From: a virus
IMG/VR virus record: IMGVR_UViG_3300031957_002603
Coordinates: 67,466-131,465 of that record
Reading direction: 5' to 3' (one strand)
DNA: 64,000 nucleotides
Each line of letters starts with the position of its first letter. Position 1 is the stretch's first letter. Positions 58,377 to 64,000 of the stretch are shown one piece after another. A model generated the notes under the pieces. The model worked only from the letters and a program-made list of their open reading frames with translations. It searched no databases and was not told the origin of the DNA. The position numbers were made by a program, and so were the translations under genes.

Positions 58377-58548
58377 ATATTCCGAATCTGTTTACGAACA
58401 GTTCTTTTTGCTTAAACATTTTGGTGGATGGTCTCTTATTGAGGCCTATAACCTCCCTGTGGGTCTTCGAAATTGGTTTGTGAAGCGTTTGCAGAAACAA
58501 TTCGAGGATGAAAAGAAAGAAATGGAAAAAGCACGGAAGAAATCATAA
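58357..58548 (+). CDS. C-terminal extension ORF (gp51 / P2 E'-like), probably reached by +1 frameshift
   Basis: FFGLTDKY...EQFFLLKHFGGWSLIEAYNLPVGLRNWFVKRL lies in the +1 frame and has no credible start of its own. Confidence 0.6.
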   Translation, partial: FFGLTDKYSESVYEQFFLLKHFGGWSLIEAYNLPVGLRNWFVKRLQKQFEDEKKEMEKARKKS

Positions 58549-58549
58549 C

Positions 58550-58573
58550 AATGCCCGCAAGGGCATTTTTTTT
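58550..58573 (+). terminator. Intrinsic terminator
   Basis: AATGCCC-GCAA-GGGCATT followed by a T run, directly after the extension ORF. Confidence 0.85.
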
Positions 58574-58578
58574 ATAAA

Positions 58579-58586
58579 ACTAATTA
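58579..58586 (+). promoter_or_regulatory. Putative late promoter ACTAATTA
   Basis: Just after a terminator, 28 nt before ATG 58607. Confidence 0.65.
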
Positions 58587-58606
58587 CTGTATTGGAGACC
58601 GTTGTC

Positions 58607-58954
58607 ATGAAGATTGATTTAACAAGAGATCCCAAACTTCTAACAGAGGCTTGGATTAATGCATTTGGGCAGTGGAGCAAGGCTTTGCTTAAATATATGT
58701 ATGGTAAAGATGTCAATGTTGTTGCAAACCTTAATGAAGAAGAGCAATCGTTGAAGTTTATCATTCGAGGCGAACAAAAAGATGTCAAAGCATATGCAAA
58801 GGCTCTTTTTGCTGAAAAAGATTACCTTGAGGCTTATGCACAATTTGGTAAAGATCACCCAATGACCAATAAACAGCGTATTGTATTGGATCAAGCCGTT
58901 GGCGATTTTGAAAATAAAACCGGAATCACATGGCCGTTTAAAGACGAGGACTAA
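58607..58954 (+). CDS. Hypothetical late protein (MKIDL...LLTE leader)
   Basis: ATG 58607 with GGAG RBS and ACTAATTA at 58579. Confidence 0.6.
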   Translation: MKIDLTRDPKLLTEAWINAFGQWSKALLKYMYGKDVNVVANLNEEEQSLKFIIRGEQKDVKAYAKALFAEKDYLEAYAQFGKDHPMTNKQRIVLDQAVGDFENKTGITWPFKDED

Positions 58955-58957
58955 TAA

Positions 58958-61468
58958 GTGTCTGAAAAAACATTCACAATAGCAGAATTAAAAGCAGCAC
59001 TAAAAGACCTATCCTCTGACGATCTTGAGGAAATTGGCTTAAAAAAGGCAACCCAAGCACGCATAAAGGTTGATGCGGAAAGCATAAAAATATTAAATGA
59101 TTTAACTGATGCAAAATTAAAAGAACTTCAGGTTAACATCGATCTTGCAAATGCGGTTCAAGATGGAACTCAAAGAATTATAGCACAAAAGAGAGCAAGG
59201 CAAGAGCAATTAGAAATTCTTGCTGACTTACTTGAAAAGAAAGATCGCCTGATTACCTTAAACGAACAAAATACTGAAGAAGGACAGAGATTAGAAAAAC
59301 AAATTAAAAATTTAACTGCCGCTTTAGATGCAGAAGGAAAGTCAGCATCAACTTTGAGAGTTGAAGCACAAGCGGTTGATAAATCTAGGAAAGAATCTTT
59401 AAAAACAGCAAATAAATATGAAAGATCAATTGATTCTCTTGGACAAAAAATGGTCATATTTGGAAAAGGTCCTCTTGTTAAGCAAGTTCTTGGTTTTCGT
59501 GAACTTGGTAAAGAACTTGCAAATAGTGAAGAGGCTCAACAAAACTTTCGTCAAGCCATTTTAGACACAGTTAATATCACAAATATTGCTGGTAACTTGT
59601 TGAACGTCGTCGCAGATTCAACTTTTACTCTCGTTATGGCTTTGGATGCTGCCTCGACAGCGTTTGCTTCAGCAACAGGCTTCGGGAACCAGTTCAATCA
59701 AACAATGCGCGACGCACAGCAGCAAGGCAACTATCTTGGCGTTACAATGGAAGGCGCAGGAAAAGCAACTCAAGGACTCGCAGCAGGTTTTACAAACTTT
59801 GTTAATATTTCGTCTGAATCACGAGCGGCATTGGTTTCTAATGTGGCCCAACTTGAAAGAATTGGCGTGTCTGCTGATACATCTGCTGGACTTATTAACT
59901 TCTTCAACCAGAACTTGGGAATGACAGCGGAAGAAGGTGTTCGTGTAACAAAAGAATTGGCAATGATGGGCCGAGAGTTAGGCATGACCTCTGGTCAGAT
60001 AACAAAAGACTTCCAAGCGGCCCTACCAACTCTTGCAGTGTACGGTGATCGTTCTCAAGAAGTATTTAAGGGTCTTGCTGCGGCTGCCAAGGTTGCGGGC
60101 GTTGAGATGAACAAACTTCTTGGATTGGCTGGTAAATTTGATACATTTGCATCGGCAGCCGACACAACAGGTAAATTGAACGCAATATTGGGAACCCAAA
60201 TGTCTGCTGTTGATCTCTTGAGACAATCGGAAGAACAAAGAATTGAGACTCTTATTGCGAACATGCAAGCACAAGGCCGATCGTTTAAGGACATGGATCG
60301 TTTCACACAGAAAGCAATCGCAGCCGCTGCTGGTATCGATGATCTTGCAGAAGCACAACGTATTTTTGGAATGGATATCGGACAATTTAAAAACTATCAA
60401 GATGCCATGAGCAAATCAGCCGAAGTTCAGAAGAAATTTGAAGAGGCTGTTCAAGCAACAATTCCAATTCAGGAAAAGTTCAAATTAATTGCAGCAGAGT
60501 TTGCCGTCGGGGTTATTCCGATTCTTGAAAGCATCCATGGCGCTTTAGACGTTGTTTTAAACTTTTTTGGATCTCTTGACAAAGATACACAAGAATTCTT
60601 AACAGGTATTGCAGCCAGTATTTTAGGTCTTTTCTTAGCATTTAAGGCATTTGCTGGTGTTAAAGCCATATTTGCAACAATCTTTGGCCCTCTTAGGATG
60701 CTCGGAAATATGCTAGGCTTAACAGCAGGTAAAACCGCTGCTGCTGCCACTGAAATGAATGCGGCCGCTCCCAGTGTGTCCGGTGCTATGATGCAGATTG
60801 CAACAGGTATTGGAAGAGCAATGGAAATATTAGCCAAATCTGTTATAAGGGGTGGGCCTGCGATTGCAATCTTGGTTGGTGGCCTAATTGGTATTGGATT
60901 GGCGGCTGTCCTTCTCGGTAAAGGACTGTCTGGACTTGAAAGCGGCATGCTAACGGATTTCCTCATATTTATTGGAGGACTTACGGCAATTGCATTAATA
61001 CTTGGCGCTATTGCTACAAATCCAATTGTTGGTGGTATGGCATTAGCAGGATTTGCAGCGTTGTCGGTTGCTTTGATCGCACTAGCCGGCGCGTTAAATC
61101 TGTTGCCTGTCGGTGTTTTAAAATCAATTTCAGATGGCCTTCAAGCAATATCAAATATCTCCATGGAAAACGTCGCAGCACTTGGCGAAGTCTTTTCAAC
61201 CATGGCTGTTGGAATGCTCGAATTGTCAGCGGCTGTTAATGCTCTTGACGGAAAGAAAGTTAAAGTATCATCTGTGTTGGAGAACCTTGCACTGTTAAGT
61301 ACAGGAACTGCCAAGGACTCTATGACCGGCGCAAAGATAACAGCAGCAAGCGTTAATGTTGTGAGCAATCTAGAAAACGTGCTCAATCTAGAAGGATTGG
61401 AGGTCAAAGTTTCAATCGGAGACAAAGAATTCAATGAAGCAGTAATTACGGCAGTACAAAAAAATTAA
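58958..61468 (+). CDS. Tape measure protein
   Basis: Ala/Gly-rich helical protein with hydrophobic segments, downstream of the tube and chaperone genes; GTG start with GAGG RBS. Confidence 0.8.
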   Translation: MSEKTFTIAELKAALKDLSSDDLEEIGLKKATQARIKVDAESIKILNDLTDAKLKELQVNIDLANAVQDGTQRIIAQKRARQEQLEILADLLEKKDRLITLNEQNTEEGQRLEKQIKNLTAALDAEGKSASTLRVEAQAVDKSRKESLKTANKYERSIDSLGQKMVIFGKGPLVKQVLGFRELGKELANSEEAQQNFRQAILDTVNITNIAGNLLNVVADSTFTLVMALDAASTAFASATGFGNQFNQTMRDAQQQGNYLGVTMEGAGKATQGLAAGFTNFVNISSESRAALVSNVAQLERIGVSADTSAGLINFFNQNLGMTAEEGVRVTKELAMMGRELGMTSGQITKDFQAALPTLAVYGDRSQEVFKGLAAAAKVAGVEMNKLLGLAGKFDTFASAADTTGKLNAILGTQMSAVDLLRQSEEQRIETLIANMQAQGRSFKDMDRFTQKAIAAAAGIDDLAEAQRIFGMDIGQFKNYQDAMSKSAEVQKKFEEAVQATIPIQEKFKLIAAEFAVGVIPILESIHGALDVVLNFFGSLDKDTQEFLTGIAASILGLFLAFKAFAGVKAIFATIFGPLRMLGNMLGLTAGKTAAAATEMNAAAPSVSGAMMQIATGIGRAMEILAKSVIRGGPAIAILVGGLIGIGLAAVLLGKGLSGLESGMLTDFLIFIGGLTAIALILGAIATNPIVGGMALAGFAALSVALIALAGALNLLPVGVLKSISDGLQAISNISMENVAALGEVFSTMAVGMLELSAAVNALDGKKVKVSSVLENLALLSTGTAKDSMTGAKITAASVNVVSNLENVLNLEGLEVKVSIGDKEFNEAVITAVQKN

Positions 61469-61480
61469 GGTAACATAATC

Positions 61481-62221
61481 ATGATTCCAAATTATTATTT
61501 TAATTCCTCGGACAATTCCTCCGAATATGCAACAAGAACCGGTGCTCTGCTTGAATTTAAAAGCATGATCTCCGGTGTTAATGTAATTTTTAAAGCATTC
61601 TTGACCGACTTCTCTCAAAACTTTGCATCAACATGGAACGCAGAGAATGTATTTGGGCGCATGGACCCAATACCAACATTTGACAACACAAAGAGAACAA
61701 TCTCTGTTGCTTGGGACATTCCGTCGTATGACCTTTCTGATGCAAAAAACAATCTTCATAAGTGCTCCGTATTGGTCCAGATGCTGTACCCAAATTACTC
61801 AGAGACTCAAAACTTTACACCACAAGGGCAGGATGAAGGCGGCTTTTCTGCCACCTTGGCCAATTCTCTAACAAAGCCGCCTTTATTAAAACTTAAGTTT
61901 GCAAATTTAATATCAACATCAACACCCGGCACCGACGATGGTCTTTTGGGCTGGGTCGATGGGATCAACTGGCAACCGAAACTTGATGAAGGAATGTTCG
62001 CTCATAATGGTAAGTTCTATCCAAAGGTGATTTCGCTGTCTTGTACTTTTAATGTTCTGCATCAAGAGAATCTGGTTCTTAATAATCAATCAAAACTGCC
62101 CGGCTTTCCATTTAACTCCGACGCTTTGCCGGTTGTTGACGATGGTTCAACTGTCACCGCAAATGATCTTGGCCTCTTAACAGATCCAAACAGCACCGTT
62201 AAAACAACGATGGGAGACTAA
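61481..62221 (+). CDS. Baseplate tail-tube initiator (gp48/gp54-like)
   Basis: WNAENVFGRMDPIPTFDNTKRTI, LYPNY and PPLLKLKF. Confidence 0.65.
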   Translation: MIPNYYFNSSDNSSEYATRTGALLEFKSMISGVNVIFKAFLTDFSQNFASTWNAENVFGRMDPIPTFDNTKRTISVAWDIPSYDLSDAKNNLHKCSVLVQMLYPNYSETQNFTPQGQDEGGFSATLANSLTKPPLLKLKFANLISTSTPGTDDGLLGWVDGINWQPKLDEGMFAHNGKFYPKVISLSCTFNVLHQENLVLNNQSKLPGFPFNSDALPVVDDGSTVTANDLGLLTDPNSTVKTTMGD

Positions 62222-62223
62222 TC

Positions 62224-62556
62224 ATGGCTAGAAACACAAATCGAAAGAAAGCAACCAATAGACACCCACAATACGAAGAATTGTTTGAGGACAGAAATAT
62301 AAAACAAATCGAACAATATCGAACAAAGAAACTTACATATCCTTCCAAAGAACAAATCAACAATCTTGAGTTAACCAAGTATTATTGGCAAGCAAATGAC
62401 AATTATTATAAAGTCTCCGAAAAATTCTACGGTGATCCAAAGTATTGGTATGTCATTGCGCAATTTAACAAACTTCCATTTGAGGGAGATATCAAAGTCG
62501 GAGATACATTAATGATTCCTCGCCCTTTGGCTAGAGTCGTACAGGTGATGAAGTAA
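62224..62556 (+). CDS. LysM-like baseplate wedge protein (gp53/P2 gpX-like)
   Basis: SEKFYGDPKYWYVIAQFN...IKVGDTLMIP. Confidence 0.8.
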   Translation: MARNTNRKKATNRHPQYEELFEDRNIKQIEQYRTKKLTYPSKEQINNLELTKYYWQANDNYYKVSEKFYGDPKYWYVIAQFNKLPFEGDIKVGDTLMIPRPLARVVQVMK

Positions 62557-64000
62557 TGGCCCTAACAAAAGAAAGACAAGGTGAGTTGCTAAAAAAGTTA
62601 TTCGAAGATACTGATTTAACCTTTGAAGATGCTAGTGACATTGTTGAAAACAAAAGCACGTTTAAGTCTTTATCAAAAAATGATTTACAGAATGATTCGT
62701 TTTGGAGCGCATATTTAAATCTTTTAACTCTTGGTGGTTCTTATATTTATAATGCTGCGTTTAACAATTCGTATGATGTATTTTTAGAAAAATATTCAAG
62801 CCAAGTTGCCAAGTCTGTTGAGAGTGGAGGAATCACTCTAGCAGAAATGGAACTGTTTCTAAACAACAGGGCTGATTTCATACAAGATAATCTTTTTACC
62901 GAAGATGAAGATTATGTTGAAAAAATAGTAAAAGCAATTATTAAAAATCCCAATTCTATACCATCAGAACTTTCAGCAATCATAAGAAGCGGCAATCAAT
63001 TTGATGTCGAATCTGCGAAAAAAGTAAGAGAAACTTTAGATTCAGGCGGAGTTAGATTAGATGATTTGCATCATGTTCAGATTGCTGATCAAACTAAATA
63101 TATGTTAAGAGAGAGCACGAGCAATTTAGCGCAAGCGACCGGGGGGAGAATTCCTAAAGCCAGTTTTGATACCATAGCCGAGACCGAGCCAGAGATTGCA
63201 GAACTACGGGCATCCTCCATAAATTTTACAAGTGATTTAGGAGGAGGATCCACCTTAAATACCACTAATGTGAGCAGTATTGACAATGATTTATTTGTTG
63301 AGTCTTATATGGTATACTTGTATGGAGTTCTCAGACGAGGGAGCAATCCCCTCACAACTTTTAATGATGACACAGATAAATTAGCAGAAAAAATATCAAA
63401 GAGATCTTTTAAAGAATTTGAAAACAATAGAAGAATTGAACTTTGGAATAGGCTTGTGGCTGCTAATTCTGAAGGCGGTGACGGGATTACTGCTGAAGAG
63501 GCAGCCAATGCATTAAACGGAGCAAACGCAGCGGCAATTGAAGAAGCAAGTAATTCAGGCATTGCTGGCCGAATTGAAGATTCCTCTCCTCTTTCAGAAG
63601 CAGAAATCGAACAACGTCAAAGATTTTATCAACAATGCGTTCTCTTAGTGCAAATGAATAATCTTAAAAGTTATTATTCTGATGATATAAATTCTGATGA
63701 TACGTCTACATGGCATGATAATAGCGTTTACAATGATCGCTTTTACATGATTACTGACGGTGAGGACAATTCAACATTTGTTAATACTTTGACTGCTCCA
63801 AAAGGTGATACAATAAAAGATTTCTTAAATATTACACCAGATATTCAAGCATTTCTTGTTCCAAAGATTCGTTTGTTTAAAGTGTTTGGAACCGGCGACA
63901 ACCTTCGTCAAGTTGAATTTGTTTTTCGAAATAACAGTTATAACAATAATTACATGTCTAATTTGTTCTCCGACAATTCAATTGTGACACGAGGCTCTGG
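62556..64000 (+). CDS. Large baseplate hub-region protein (3'-partial; not in ORF track)
   Basis: TAATG-coupled ATG at 62556 (MALTKERQGELLKK...). The frame appears open to the window end (...FLVPKIRLFKVF...). Confidence 0.6.
   Translation, partial: MALTKERQGELLKKLFEDTDLTFEDASDIVENKSTFKSLSKNDLQNDSFWSAYLNLLTLGGSYIYNAAFNNSYDVFLEKYSSQVAKSVESGGITLAEMELFLNNRADFIQDNLFTEDEDYVEKIVKAIIKNPNSIPSELSAIIRSGNQFDVESAKKVRETLDSGGVRLDDLHHVQIADQTKYMLRESTSNLAQATGGRIPKASFDTIAETEPEIAELRASSINFTSDLGGGSTLNTTNVSSIDNDLFVESYMVYLYGVLRRGSNPLTTFNDDTDKLAEKISKRSFKEFENNRRIELWNRLVAANSEGGDGITAEEAANALNGANAAAIEEASNSGIAGRIEDSSPLSEAEIEQRQRFYQQCVLLVQMNNLKSYYSDDINSDDTSTWHDNSVYNDRFYMITDGEDNSTFVNTLTAPKGDTIKDFLNITPDIQAFLVPKIRLFKVFGTGDNLRQVEFVFRNNSYNNNYMSNLFSDNSIVTRGS

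Noticed and set aside
8-63562. Numerous short minus-strand and alternate-frame ORFs in the track
   Set aside because: They overlap well-supported + strand genes and lack RBSs or recognisable motifs.
53237-64000. Extracellular contractile injection system or tailocin
   Set aside because: Terminase, portal, protease, scaffold and capsid genes are in the same contiguous region, so this is a phage.
1-64000. Stop-codon reassignment (seen in some large phages)
   Set aside because: Standard-code ORFs are full length and tile densely. TAG and TAA end conserved genes, and TGA is used at ATGA-type overlaps.
1-64000. tRNA genes or CRISPR arrays
   Set aside because: Intergenic gaps are almost all under about 120 nt and show no cloverleaf or regularly spaced repeats.

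Overview
The window is part of a large T4-like (myovirus) bacteriophage genome, AT-rich, with essentially every gene on the + strand. It holds most of the virion morphogenesis region. Positions 1-22.3 kb encode giant baseplate/tail-tip proteins. An island at 22.3-28.5 kb, driven by sigma70-type promoters, encodes a RuvC-like nuclease, a DnaG-like primase, three tiny acidic lipoproteins, a thioredoxin and a fused SbcD-SbcC nuclease-ATPase. After it come a holin/spanin-like trio, terminase, portal, prohead protease, ribosomal protein bS21, four paralogous fibre-like proteins, scaffold, major capsid, neck, tail terminator, sheath, two tail tubes, a chaperone pair probably joined by a +1 frameshift, tape measure and baseplate genes. 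The less obvious signals are: (1) a family of unrelated ORFs sharing an N-terminal MKLTTxxLKQIIKEE-type leader, a candidate capsid-targeting/cargo cassette system; (2) a recurring upstream motif ACTA(A/T)TTA, a candidate late promoter that resembles the reverse complement of the T4 TATAAATA box; (3) apparent avoidance of AGCT, CCWGG and CTGCAG, strong enough to override codon preference; (4) a [ST]-[GAS]-S motif enriched in putative virion-surface proteins; (5) an unannotated 17-aa Cys-Cys peptide coupled to a DUF1360-like CxxC membrane protein. I saw no tRNA, CRISPR array, intein or recoding. All family assignments come from motif recognition and gene order, not database searches, and all counts were made by eye.
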